From: Neocallimastix sp. 'constans'
Taxonomy: Eukaryota
Direction: 5' to 3'
DNA length: 64,000 nucleotides
NCBI GenBank assembly: GCA_050613775.1
Contig: JBODTK010000001.1
Location: 2,108,001-2,172,000, forward strand
The position numbers were made by a program, and so were the translations under genes. This document shows, piece by piece, positions 50,212 through 63,684 of this stretch (position 1 is its first letter; every line of letters starts with the position of its first letter). Under the pieces are notes generated by a model that saw only the letters and a list, made by a program, of their open reading frames with translations, ran no database searches and was not told the origin of the DNA.

Positions 50212-51384
50212 TCAATTAAAACAATAATAATAATAATAAAAATAAAAATAATATTAAATAATATATTTTATTTATTGAAAGAAATAACAATAAAAAAATA
50301 TGCAATGATATCAACTAAATTTATATAAAATAAATTATTAATATTTATATACAACAGAAAGATAAAATAAAATAAATGTGAAAAAAAAAAAAAAAAAAAA
50401 AAATTTAAAATAAAAATTTAAAAATAAAGTCAATTAAAATTCATTGTAATATTAAAGATAAACTATTAATATTATTAAAGGAATATTTTTTTTTTTAAAA
50501 AAAAAAAAAAAGATATATAAATATAAATTAATAAAATAAATAGTCTTAATAGATTATATGTAAAGGATTATAAATATATTAAAAAAAAATTGATATTATA
50601 ACAAAAAAAAAAAAAAAAATAAAAAAAAAAATAAAAAAAAAATAAACACAACAATAATAGTAAAAATAAAATAAAATAAAAATTAATATTAAAATAAAAA
50701 ATAAATAAAAAAATAAAAAAATAATAAAATAAATCAATAAATAAATAAAAATCTTATTATTATTATTATTATTATATCGAATATATTTCACTAATTTAAT
50801 TATATATATATATATTACAAAATAATAATAATAATAATAATAATAATATAAAATAATGTTACTATTCTTAAAAGTATATATAAATAAAAAAACACAAATA
50901 AATTATTTTTTTAGTGATAATAGTAGAATACAAATATATAATTATATATGATATAATTAAATATATAAATATTAAATAAAATATAAATAAAATAAATAAA
51001 AAAAAAATAAAAAAAATTTTTTTATTCTTTTTTTTTTTTTTTATTATATTTTTTAATTTTATCATTGTTTAAAACAATTTTAAATTTTAATTTTATTATT
51101 ATTATTATGATTGTTGTTGTTGTTAAATATAACACTTAAAAATCAGAAATGATATATATATTTTATTAAGTATTTATTTTAAATATTTATTTATTTTATT
51201 TCTTTAAATTAAGAAAAACCTAATCATTTTAAGAATATGTCACTACATATTATTTAGAGATGAGGTTGGTTTTCATATGAACTTTTTTTCTAAATATATT
51301 TATACACTTTATTTTGAATATTACTTTCCATTTCACATTACTATTTTAAATATTATTATATTCTAATTGGACAAATAATATGTA

Positions 51385-51471
<87 letters not shown>

Positions 51472-51481
51472 TGAGTGATTT

Positions 51482-51539
<58 letters not shown>

Positions 51540-51549
51540 TTTTATGTAA

Positions 51550-52039
51550 AAATAAATTTAAAATTAATATTGAAAAAAATTTGTTTTTATGCAAACTGAA
51601 GTAGAAGTGCTTGACCATAAAGTCTCAGCTAAAGGCTGAAGTCCTTCTGATAGTAAAAAAAAAAAAAAAAAAAAAACAGGTGTTATCAAGAAATAGAAAT
51701 CGACAATCGATATTTATGAATTGCGATCCTTCTTAGGAGTCATTGGATATTATCGAACTTTTTTTTTTTTTTTTTTTTTATTTATAAAAAATTTAAACCA
51801 TATATAATGGGAAATCCCTACAAAAAAAAAAATCATTTTATATAACTGATCATAACCCATTCATTGGATTGTTTTTAATACAAAGGAACCTTACCAATGC
51901 TAGACAAACTAGATGGTTTATGGCTGATAAGTTTTTAGGAGTCGAAATTTCATTATGAATCAGGCAAAAGGAATGTTGTCACTGATACTTTATCCAGTGA
52001 TGAAAAGTGACCCAGGTAAAAAGATCTTAGCTACTTTAG

Positions 52040-52071
<32 letters not shown>

Positions 52072-52470
52072 TAAATAAAAAAAAAAGCTGATGAAATTCT
52101 ATTATCAAAAGTAGTAAAGGAATTAATTGAAGAAAAGTTCATTATTATGGACGGAATTAAAATATTTCTAGGACGAAAATACTTAATCGCAAGTAAGTAA
52201 CATGACCCTAATGAAAAATTAAAATTAATTCTCGAAGCCCATCCAATTGGCCATGAAGCCTTCCATTGGGCTTACCAACAATTAAGGAAATGCAACTACT
52301 AGAATGGGAAATGGTATGATTAATGATATATAAAAAGAATTATTTCAAAATGTGAGAAGTGTCAATTAAATAAATCTCAACCATATTTCTAGAATGAACT
52401 GAAGATATTCCAACCAAAGTGGAAGGACCATTTAACGCATCTTTGTCTTGATATTATTGGATCTTTAGAA

Positions 52471-52516
<46 letters not shown>

Positions 52517-53157
52517 TCTAATAATAATCAATACATATTAATGGCAGTAGATTACTTTACCATATAGGTAGAAGCTACGCCTACTAAGAATGTAACCTCT
52601 CAAGATGTAATAAAATTTCTTAATAAATGTTTTTTTTTTTTTTTTGCTAGACATGGTGTACCACAATTAATTACTACTGATAACGGTGTTCAATTCATAT
52701 CCTAATATGAAAAAAATAATTCTTGATCTCTATGATGTATACTTCATAAAATTTTAGTACTACTTATCATTCGGAAACTAATGGTCTTACTGAAAACCGC
52801 AATAAGGAAATTGGTAAACTACTTATATAGGCTACTAAGTGAAAGATATAAAGGTATAAAAGAGTAGGATGAGATATTATCCTCTGCTCTTTGAACTCTC
52901 CATACAACTAATAAAAAAAAAAATATGTTTTTACGAATCAATATAGATTCAAACTTGTGTATAATACTAAAAAAAAAAAAAAAAATCAATTTTTACGAAT
53001 CATTCTAGCTTCTAATTTATGAATGGTTGTGAAGATCAACAGCCATCTACTATTGCTACCCGGCCAACAAAAGGGAATTAATAAAAATTCTTCGGATGAA
53101 ATACTTTTAGAAAAGGTTTTTGTTAATCATTACCATGGACTATGGAAACAACTGCAA

Positions 53158-53197
<40 letters not shown>

Positions 53198-53470
53198 AAA
53201 ATAAGTATTGGACTACCAGAAGAAAACAAAAGATTAATATGAATCTGGCTAAAAAAGAAATAAAAAATAAAAATAAAAATTTGGTGATTTAGTTTTTAGA
53301 AAAGAAATTTCTCTTGAACTAAATTTGAACCGTATTTCGTAGGATGTCTTCAAGTAATAAAGAAGCAATTCAATATCGTAACTCTTACTGACCCAAAGTC
53401 GGGAATCCAAATGAATCGCAATGTTCATTTGAAGTATATGTAGTAAAGTTTAACTCAGCTTCTGTGTAGC
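51550..53470 (+). mobile_element. Degenerate Ty3/gypsy-type LTR retrotransposon pol remnant (RT end, RNase H fragment, integrase)
   Basis: Ordered, frameshifted motifs: EVEVLDHKVSAKG and ELRSFLGVIGYYR (RT C-terminus); KKFKPYIMG..TDHNP..GKRNVVTDTLS (RNase H); EAHPIGH..CEKCQLNK (HHCC); LDIIG..AVDYFT..ARHGVPQLITTDNGVQF..YHSETNGLTENRNKEIGKLL (DDE integrase). The RT-RH-IN order indicates gypsy. There are many stops and homopolymer expansions. Confidence 0.92.
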
Positions 53471-54149
53471 TTGAGTCTCAGTGAAAGAACATCTTGATAA
53501 GAAATGAACCAGAAATTATTATTTTTAGTTTAAGTTTACCTAAAAACAACTTACAAAATAAAATTTATTGTTTTTTTTACTTATACTCAAAAGAATTTTT
53601 CACCTATACTCTAAAAAATTTTATAATGTTCAAAAAAAAAAAAAAAAAAAAATTTAGTAAATATAGAAATATTTTATTTAAGATAATAAATTTTATTTAA
53701 AAAAAAAAATTTTTTAAAATAACAAGTTTTATCTTTAACTATTTTTTTTTTTTTTTTATTTTACCTTTTTAAATATTAAATCATTATTAAAAAAATTTTT
53801 TTTAAAAAAAAAAAAAAATATTTATAATAATAATAATAATGAATTCCAAATCATTTTTCATAATTAGAATTATTAAAATTTTTGATATTCTAAATTATTT
53901 TCTTCATCATAATTATTAGATTAAGACTCAAAAAACACTTTCAAATTCCTAATTATTAGAATTTTGAGATTCCTAATCACGTTCATTGTAATTACAGATA
54001 AATTTGTCATTTTACTTTCATTATCATTATTATTTTTTTTTGATATATTTATATATCCAATTATTATTTCATTCGTAATATTTTTATTATTTAAATTTAC
54101 TTTAAATTTTTTTTTTTAAAAAAATATATTATAATATTTTCATCATAAA

Positions 54150-55060
54150 AACTTAATATCATTAACGGAGTATTGCTGTATATTTATATTTACTTTAATT
54201 AAAAGAGTTTAATATAATAATTTTCTTAGCACTTTTCTCATTATTATAATATCAAGTTGTTAAGAAAAGAGTAATTCCATTCTAATTTCTATTTCAACAT
54301 TATAAAATATATCAGCAAACAATAATGAATAGTTTTTACAAGCATAATCGGTTAAATTTTAAATTATATCAATATTACTTCTACTAATAGAATTTTAGTA
54401 GTGGGCAATCTCCATATTTATTTTCTTTTTTTTATTCAATACCAAAATAAAAGGAGTTATTATCAGTGATTGAATCAATTCAATATTATTTTTGTTAATC
54501 TCTCATAGCAATAAATAGTTTCCTTTTTCATTTTTTTTTTTTTTTTTTCATTCCAAAATAATATTATTTACATGAAAATAATTACTAATAATTGAACTTT
54601 TTTCATAATTATTATCTATAATAATAAATAATAATGTATAAATTCCACCTTTATAGTTTTCATTCAATTCTAAAAATAATATTATTATCAGTATCAGTAT
54701 AATTCATTAATAGTTGTACTATTTTAAGATTATTATTATTCAAAGCACATAATAAAGAATAATATAGATTTTTTTTTTATTTCATTCGTTTCTAAACTAA
54801 TATCGCTTTTATCAGTAGAATCTATTAATAATTGAGCCATTTCAACATTATTATCTATAGCAGTCATTAATAATGATATAAATTCCATCTATTTTTTCTT
54901 TTTTTTTTTTTTTTTTATGCAATTTTTAATAAAAAATATTATTTTTATTAACATAATTCATCAATAATTGAATCATACCCATATCATTTTTTTTTAGTTT
55001 TTTTACTATAACATTTCACTCATTTTTCATTTGTTTCTATATATTTCATATTGTTATTAA
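54150..55060 (-). pseudogene. Degenerate ankyrin-repeat gene fragment
   Basis: Minus-strand frames ISLLMTAIDNNVEMAQLLIDSTDK (about 54810-54880), YSLLCALNNNNLKIVQLLMNYTDTDNNII..ELNEN (about 54655-54765) and NTPLM (about 54160), separated by stops and frameshifts. Boundaries are approximate. Confidence 0.75.
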
Positions 55061-55210
55061 TTATTATCTATTATAATCACATTCCATAATAAATATTTAG
55101 TTTATCCTTTTTTTTTTTTTTTTTTTTATTTTTTTTTTTTTATTTTGTTTAAATTATAATACTTAAATATAAATAATAATGCCAATAAGAAGGAATAGAT
55201 TTTGATTTGA

Positions 55211-55720
55211 CGTATTTCTCTACTCTTAATCTGGATTATATAAAATGAATTCCATTTGTAGCTTGCAAAGTTTAAATTTAAATGGAAAACGTTCATTAAT
55301 TAGATATTAAAGCCATTTATCTTAATGTTGACATAGCCAAAAAAATATTTATGTTTCAAAATTACCACCAGGAATCAAGAATCAGGAATCAAGAATCATG
55401 CTAAACCGAATATCCTCTCCGGAATAAGAGGAAGGCTCCAGCACTAAGAAAATCACAAAAAAAAAAAAAAAAAAAAAAAACAGAAAAACAAAGAGCGAAC
55501 GAGAGAAACTAACCAGATGGACCGTCAGGGTTTACCCATAATCATCCTGAGGGAATTAAGAGAGCGGCAGGGGATATTAATTATAATATAAAGGTCTTTA
55601 GGCTAAATCAGCATTAAGATTAGCGGGCTTTAATATCTAATTGCTGAACGTTTCATTTAAACTTTGTGAATATATATAGAATTAAATATATGCAATCCAG
55701 GTTAAGAGTAGTGGAATATG
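55211..55720. mobile_element. Non-autonomous foldback/MITE-like element with about 130-bp imperfect terminal inverted repeats and a candidate 5-bp TSD
   Basis: The left arm 55211-55338 (CGTATTTCTCTACTCTTAATCTGGATT...AACGTTCATTAATTAGATATTAAAGCC...TCTTAATGTTGACATAGCC) is the imperfect reverse complement of 55601-55720. TTTGA lies at 55206-55210 and again at 55721-55725. Confidence 0.7.
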
Positions 55721-55739
55721 TTTGATAATAATAATAATA

Positions 55740-55773
<34 letters not shown>

Positions 55774-56612
55774 TATAATATCTTTGATATATATATTAGT
55801 ATGAATAATAAATATTGATTATTAATAGAAATTAATACTATAATTAATTTGAAAAATAAAAAATAAAAAAAAAATTCAATAATATAAATGAAATAAATTT
55901 TAAAATATATAAAAGAAATACATGATTTTATTTTATTTTATTGTCCTTACTCTATATTACATTATGAATAATTAATATTTTATTATATTATAATGATATA
56001 TATATATATCTAAAAGTTAACTTGATTAGAAATTTAAAAAAATTATTTCTCATTTAATAATTTTCCTACCTCTTATTTTGTAAAAAATAATTCATAACAT
56101 TATGTTAAAAAAAATATAAAAAAAATGCCATAAAGTATTTTTATAAATATATTAATTTATGGATAATAAAAATAAATAAATTTTAATAATCTATAATTTT
56201 AATAAATATTTTAGAATATTCTTATTAGAGAAAAAAAAAATTTTTTTATTTTAATATCAAAAATAAAAAATAAAGAATATTCTATAAAAAAATATTATAA
56301 ATTTTAAATTAAAATAATTATTATTATGATAATAAATATAAAAAAAAACACAATTTATAATAATATTAAATGTATTATTTAACTATATTTATTCTACAAT
56401 AATATTTATTTTTATTTTTAATATTTTATTTTTATTATTTTATTTTTATTATTTTATTTTTATTACTTTATTTTTATTATTATTTTTATTTTAATATACA
56501 AGTACATGTAAAATTATGAAAAGAAAAAAGTGTTTTTACTTTTAATTTTATGAATATATTATTAAGAGATATGCATAAATTGACAATTATATGAATATTG
56601 TCATATGATAAA

Positions 56613-56928
56613 AATGATGATGAAATTAATCCATTTAACAAATAAATGGTTAGGTTTATAATATATAAAAAGGGGATTGTACATTTTGTAATGTATGTAT
56701 GAATTAAAGTATTATAATTATTATAATTATAATATATATTAAAATAAAATAAAATAAAATAATTATTATCAAAAAGATATAAATTTAATATTTAATAATT
56801 ATTATTAAATATACAAATATGTTACTACACATATTTGTTTTATATCAATGATGATGAAATTAATCCATTTAACAAATAAATGGTTAGGTTTATAATATAT
56901 AAAAAGGGGATTGTACATTTTGTAATGT
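56613..56928. repeat. Exact 82-bp direct duplication (56613-56694 and 56847-56928)
   Basis: aatgatgatgaaattaatccatttaacaaataaatggttaggtttataatatataaaaaggggattgtacattttgtaatgt is present twice, 152 bp apart. Confidence 0.92.
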
Positions 56929-57388
56929 GGCGTATATATTTTTAAAATAAAGACATACATTTTAAGATATTTCATAAAAAAATAAATATATATATAAATA
57001 ATTAATTTCAAAAGAAATAATAATATATTCTATTAAAAAAGAATTATAAAAAATTATTTTTTTTATAAAAAATTATTTTTATAATTGAATATTAATAAAT
57101 TATATATAAAAATTAGATGATTTTTATTTATTTAATTATTATTTATTTAATTAATAAAAACAAGCCACATTGAGAAATGCATTAAATTCATATAAAACTA
57201 TTGATATTAAATAATTTTTTTTTTTTAATAATTATATATATTATTGTAATTATTAATACCATAATATATTATTTTTTCAATGCTAATAAATAATTAATAT
57301 ATTATAATAAATAAAATAAAATAATATAAATTATAAAAAATTATACAATTAGTTATATTACATATGCAATATCTGGAGAATAATATTT

Positions 57389-57711
57389 TTAACCAAAGAT
57401 AACATTAATATATATTCTATAAACATTCAGACAACATTAAAACACTTTATATTCTATTAACATTCAGACAACATTATAACACTTTATATTTTATTAACAT
57501 TCAGAAAACGTTAATATATTTTATTAATAATTAGATAACATTAAAATACTTTCTATTAATATTCAGACAACGTTAATATATATTTTATTAACATTAAGAC
57601 AATATTAAAATAATTTTTTTTTTTTTTTAACATATAGATAACATTCATATATATTTTATTAACATTCAGATAACATCGAAATACCTTTTATTAACATTTA
57701 GATAACATTAT
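57389..57711. repeat. 10-unit minisatellite, modal period 32 bp, core TATTAACATTCAGAYAACATTAA
   Basis: AGAYAAC-type cores start at 57397, 57429, 57466, 57503, 57533, 57565, 57597, 57636, 57668 and 57700. Confidence 0.9.
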
Positions 57712-57848
57712 TGATGCAAAACAATATAAATATCTTTTAAAACTTATTTTCTTGTCTTTTTTTATAGATACATAATTATAAATACTATAATTAATTTAAA
57801 AAAAGATAAAAATAAATTGTTTTTTCCTTTAAAGGTTTATTACTGATT

Positions 57849-57879
<31 letters not shown>

Positions 57880-60800
57880 TTATTAATTATTTTATTACAA
57901 AAATTAATTGGATAATGTTAATCTGATTTTCCTGTTTTTTTTTTTTAACATTTACCTTGTATGGAAATTATTAAAATTTGATAAAAAAAATGTAAAGATT
58001 TCTTTTTTTTTTTTTTTTTTTTTTGATAATTTAAATTTCTTTTTAAACTTTTTAAAAAATTTTGTATACAAATACAAATATACATATTAAATAAAATTTT
58101 TTATTAGTAATAAACTAATCTAAAAAGAAAAAAAAAATATGAAAAAAAATTTTTTCTTATTTTCAAAAATATATTTATTAACATTTCTACTGAGTATATA
58201 TTTTCATCTCCGTTATGGATAATAATTTCTATTTTTATTAAAATTTTAAATAAAATTTAAAAATAAATTTTGAAATTATAATATTTTATGATTACATAAA
58301 TATTTCAAAAAAAAAAAATACTAAATTTTATAATTATATATATATTTATAATATTGATACTTTAAAAAAAAAAATAAAAACAAATAAATAACAATAAGAA
58401 AATTCTGAAGATTTTAAATTTTACAGTAAGATTAATGTGGTTATATAAAAAAAAATAGCTATTAAATGTTGTTATGTTTAAATCCTTTAGTCTTAATTCT
58501 AATTTTTTTTATCATATTAAAAAAAAAAAAAAATAAAAAATAAAAATTAAAACAAGAAAATCCTATTAATTGTTATATTTTATAATAATATAAATATTAA
58601 AAAAAAATTATAATAAATAAATAAATAAAGTAAATTCTGTAAATTTTAAATAATATTATTATTTTGGTTACAAAAATAAAAATAAAATCAAAATAAAAAA
58701 AAAAAAAAAAAAATAGCCATTAAAAATAAAACCATAAACGAAATATTATGTTATAATTCTTGGGTTTCAATTCTAATAATAATTAAAATTTTATTATACT
58801 TCTTTTTAAACTTTTTTTTAAAAATCTTGAATATAAACTGTAATACATTTAATACAATTATTTTATTCATAATATTTAAGGTATTTATAATTTATTAGTT
58901 TATTATTATTATTATTATATTTTATTATATTTTATTATAATTGAAATGTTATTTATTTTATTTTATTTTTATCATATATATTTTTTTATTTTTAAAAAAT
59001 GTTTTTTTTTTTTTTTTTTTTTTTTTAATTAAATAAAATTTAATTTTAATAATATTTATTAAAATTTTTATTATTTATATTTTTGTACATATATTTTTAT
59101 TTTAATATATGTACAATTTCTTTTTTATTTTCAGTTTTCTATTTGACTATTTATAGTATAATTAAATAATATATAAATAATTTAATAATCGATTAAATAT
59201 TTTTATTAGATATTTAATGTATATATTTATTTTGTTTAAAAAACAGTTATTTTCTAAATATTTAATCATATTATTAATAAAATTAAATAATATTATTAAG
59301 CATAATGAAATGAAATGAGAAATATCGATTTTTTTTTTTTGTAAATGAATGATTATTAACAGTGTATGATATAATTCATTATTAAAACTCTATTGAAATA
59401 GAGTTTTAATATTAATTCATTCAATTTTTTTTTATTAATTTATATAATGTCAATAACAACTGATTTATAACATTAATATCTTAATTATAAAAATAAATAT
59501 TTATAATTAATATATATATATATATAACTTTTAGTTATATTTAAATTAATAATATTCAATGATATATAATCAAGATCAAATAATCATTTATATAATCCTT
59601 TGAATGTATATATTTATAGAAAAAACTAAAAAATTATTAAATCTTATTCAAAATTAACAATTAAAATATAAAAAAATAGTTTTAATGGTTAATTTTTTTT
59701 TAATTATTCTGATTTTCTTATTGCATATTTTATTTTCATATTAAATAAATACATTAGCCAAGAAATTAAGAAAAAAAATTAACATATATATATACATGAT
59801 TATATGCATATGTATTAAATAAATATATAAATAAATAATATGTAATATTATTTTTGAATATTTTTTTTATAGTATAAAACTTTATTTTTTTTAGCATGTC
59901 AATTATTTTATTTAAATGAAAAATCTTTTTAATATGGAGTTATATATAAATTTTTTATAGTCATCCATCAAATCTTACTAATTATTTATCAATAAGATTT
60001 AAATGGATAATTTTTTTATTTTTTATTTTTTTTTTTTTAAAAAAAAAAAAAGTTAATAAATAAATAATAAATATATTTTTTTAATTTTATTAAATAATAT
60101 ATTTATTACATAATAAAAGTAGATAATAATTAACATATATATATTTTATATATGCTTTTATTTTCTGTTTTTAATTTTCTGTATATAAATTTTTTCATAA
60201 TTGTATTAGAAAAAGGTTATAAATATTTTATATATATATAAAAGTTTTCTTTTTTATAAAGAATATTCATTTAATTCCGATTTAACAATATATTAAAAAA
60301 TAGATTTGAAATTGGAATTAAATAAATTTGAACCAAATTTTTTTTAAAATAATTTTACGTAATGTATTAAAAAAATTGTACATATTTCAATTTTTTTTTT
60401 AGATAACAGATATCCATTATCAAATAATTTTAAATAATTTTTGATTAATTAAAAATTTTAAAAAAATTTTTTTTATCAACATTACAAAATATTTATTTAT
60501 CTTATTTTTTGTTAATTTTGGTAATATTGTATTTATCACTTTAGTTTGTGTTAAAAAATATTTTTTTTTTCAATAGACAATAAAGACTGATTTTAGATAA
60601 AATAAAAAGTGTATTATTTATCTTTTAGTTAACAACATTTTATTCCTATCATTTTTAAATATTTTATTAATCTATTAAACCACCTTTAATTTATCTATTT
60701 ACTTTTTTTTTTTTTTTTCTTTTTATAATAAAAACTAATAAATATTAAAATATCAAAAATATATAATTATTTATTTATTTTGAAAATGTCAATTATATAT

Positions 60801-62930
60801 AATTATATATTTATTTTGAAACTATCAATAATTAAATAATTTAAATAAATAATAACTATTACATTTTTTTTAAATCCATATGTTAATATTAAATTTTAAA
60901 CTACCTGAAGTCTTTTTAATTTTTAATTATATATTTGAAGATAATTATAATTATTATTATATATATATCATAGAGTCCCAATTTTCATACGACATTTTAT
61001 TATTTTTATTATAATATTTATTTTATATAGATATGTATATCAAAATTTCTCATAATTATATATACAATTTAAAAAATAAATTATTAATATTAAATATTTA
61101 TTTATTATTACAGCTTACTCATATTTTATATATTAATTATTGTTTTTTATTTTTTTTTTTAACTTTACCATTCTATTCTTGTGAATAAAATTGTCAGATA
61201 TTGATGTGTTTCTCTGATGAACTTTAATATATATAGTAAGACAAGGTGTAATTGCATGATTAGTTGATTGAACATAAAATGACATATTAGTTGAAGACAA
61301 ATATTAAAAAATTTTTATTTTTTTTTTATTTTATTTTTTTTTTTTTTTGAAAATTTAAATAATTAAATTAAATTAAATTAAAATTTATTAAATTATTAAT
61401 ATATTAATATTTAAAATTACTTTTAAATTTTTAATATAATGTCAACTATTTAATTATTTATTTTACAATATATTTATTTTAAAATAGATATTAAATAAGA
61501 AAAACTTTATATCATAATATAAAAATCATGCATATATAATATTAATTAAAATATATTGGATAATATAATATATATTATGCATTATTATGTATTGATAAAA
61601 AAAACATTTAATTGTTGGCTAATTTTCATGATATTAAATATTTTGAAATATTTTGAAATATATTTAAATAGATTTAATCTACCAAATTTTTACATATATA
61701 TGATTAAAATATGTCAATATATAAAAATTATATTCAATTCATTACTTGGTACTTTTAATATATATAACAATAGTACACATTTTATCCAAATTATTTTTTA
61801 ATAAAAATTTATTATTATTATAATATTTTTAATCAATTATATATCTTATATTATTCTATATTCTTTAGTAATTGTTTATATTATATGAAATAATATATTA
61901 TTTAAATATTGAAATATGTCAATCATAAAAATAATAATTTTTATATAATTTTTAATAAAATAAAAACAACAATAATAATAATAATAATAAAAATAGATAT
62001 TTCTTAAAAATTAAAAGAAAATTGGCTTTTTAATAATTAAAAATCATTTGAGATTTTTAAATAATATTTTGAGAAATAATAATCTTCTACTCTTCTTCGA
62101 TTTATATTCATCTTTCTTTTTTTAAATTAATTTATGGGTTACTTTTTAACCCTTTATATTATATGATTATAAACTTTTTATTATAAATTTTATTAGTCAT
62201 CAGTTATTAGAGAATTATATATATATATATATATTTTTTTTTTTTTTGGAGATATATTGAAAATGATTCTTGGCTTTCTTTAACCTTTATATATATATAT
62301 AATAATTTTAATCAATTATTTTTTAATATTTTCCAATTTCTATTTATTTATTTATTTTAATTAACAAGATTTAATTATTATTCAAATTAAATAATCATAT
62401 CAAATAGATATTCAATGAAATTTAATGAGGCTATATGAGTTATGAGTATTTTTTTGTGGTTGACAAAGAAGATGTAATATTAAATACAAAAAGTAATAAT
62501 TCCATTTAAAAAATCAATTAATTATTATTATTATTAATCATTAATTATTGTATATAAATTTTATTAAGTAATAAATAATAACTATCATATAAATATTATA
62601 TAAATAAAATATAATATTTATATGATAGTTATCTGTAATTAACTAATGGCATTTTAATTATTTCATAATATTAATTACTGTATAATTATTATCTTACTAC
62701 TATTTTTCTTTTCAACTTCAATATTACTAATTTAATTATTCATTTTTTATTATGCTACCATATAATCAATTAAACTATCCAAAGTTATAAAGCTAATTAT
62801 ATGATTTACATAGATTTACATAAGTAATTTTATATTTATTAATTATTAAATATTATTTCTTTATTTTGTATCATCAATGTTATTTATTTATTTATTTATT
62901 TATTATTATTTTTTATAAATGATATTTAAA

Positions 62931-63009
<79 letters not shown>

Positions 63010-63684
63010 TATTATTATTATTATTTTTATGATAAAAATACGATTAAATTTTAAAATTATAGAATATGAAAGTAAATATTAAATTTTTACTCATGTTAAA
63101 TTATTTTTATAAACTTTATATTTTAACAATTTTTTTTTATATTTTTATTTAATTTATTTAGTAAATATAAATTAAAATAAATAAATAAATAAATAAATAT
63201 AATGTAAAAGTGAAATAAATAATTATTAATTAATTAAAATTTAATCATTTTTATATAAATAACTATTTCTTTCAATCCTTATAAAATTTTAATAATATTT
63301 ATATTTATATATATATTTTGTTATAGATATATTAAAAGAAATATTCGATTTATACAATTACTAACCATAGTAAACACTATGAAACTTTTTTCAAAACTAA
63401 AATTATTAAAACATAATATATTTTAAAAATACATTTTCTCTTTAGTATTATTTAATTATTTCATAATATTTTTATTAATAAAACTTGTAATTTAAAAATA
63501 ATTAAAAATTATATTTTATTATTAAATGAATAATTTTTTTTTATAAGAAAAAAAAAGTTCTATGAATAATAAACAACCTTATATATTCATAAATTAAAAA
63601 GTTTACTTAATATGATTAATTACAGTTAATATATATATTTAAAAGCAGTATATAAAACACTAATTGATTTATATATATATTAAC

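Noticed and set aside
53481..53560. PPT and 3' LTR of the gypsy element
   Set aside because: A purine-rich stretch followed by TGATAAG at 53495 is suggestive, but there is no second LTR copy or CA terminus in the window to confirm it.
55505..55540. Telomerase RNA template or RNase P/SRP motif within the foldback core
   Set aside because: Only partial matches (CTAACC; TAAACCCT on the minus strand); no 1.5-repeat template and no complete conserved regions are recognisable.
56613..56694. Box C/D snoRNA (starts with ATGATGA)
   Set aside because: No CTGA D box or terminal stem in either copy.
57389..57711. CRISPR array
   Set aside because: Linkers are only about 7-16 nt, AT-only or recurrent, the repeats are degenerate, there are no cas genes, and the context is eukaryotic.
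61213..61250. Hammerhead ribozyme (CTGATGA core)
   Set aside because: No GAAA after a plausible stem II, and no stems I or III.
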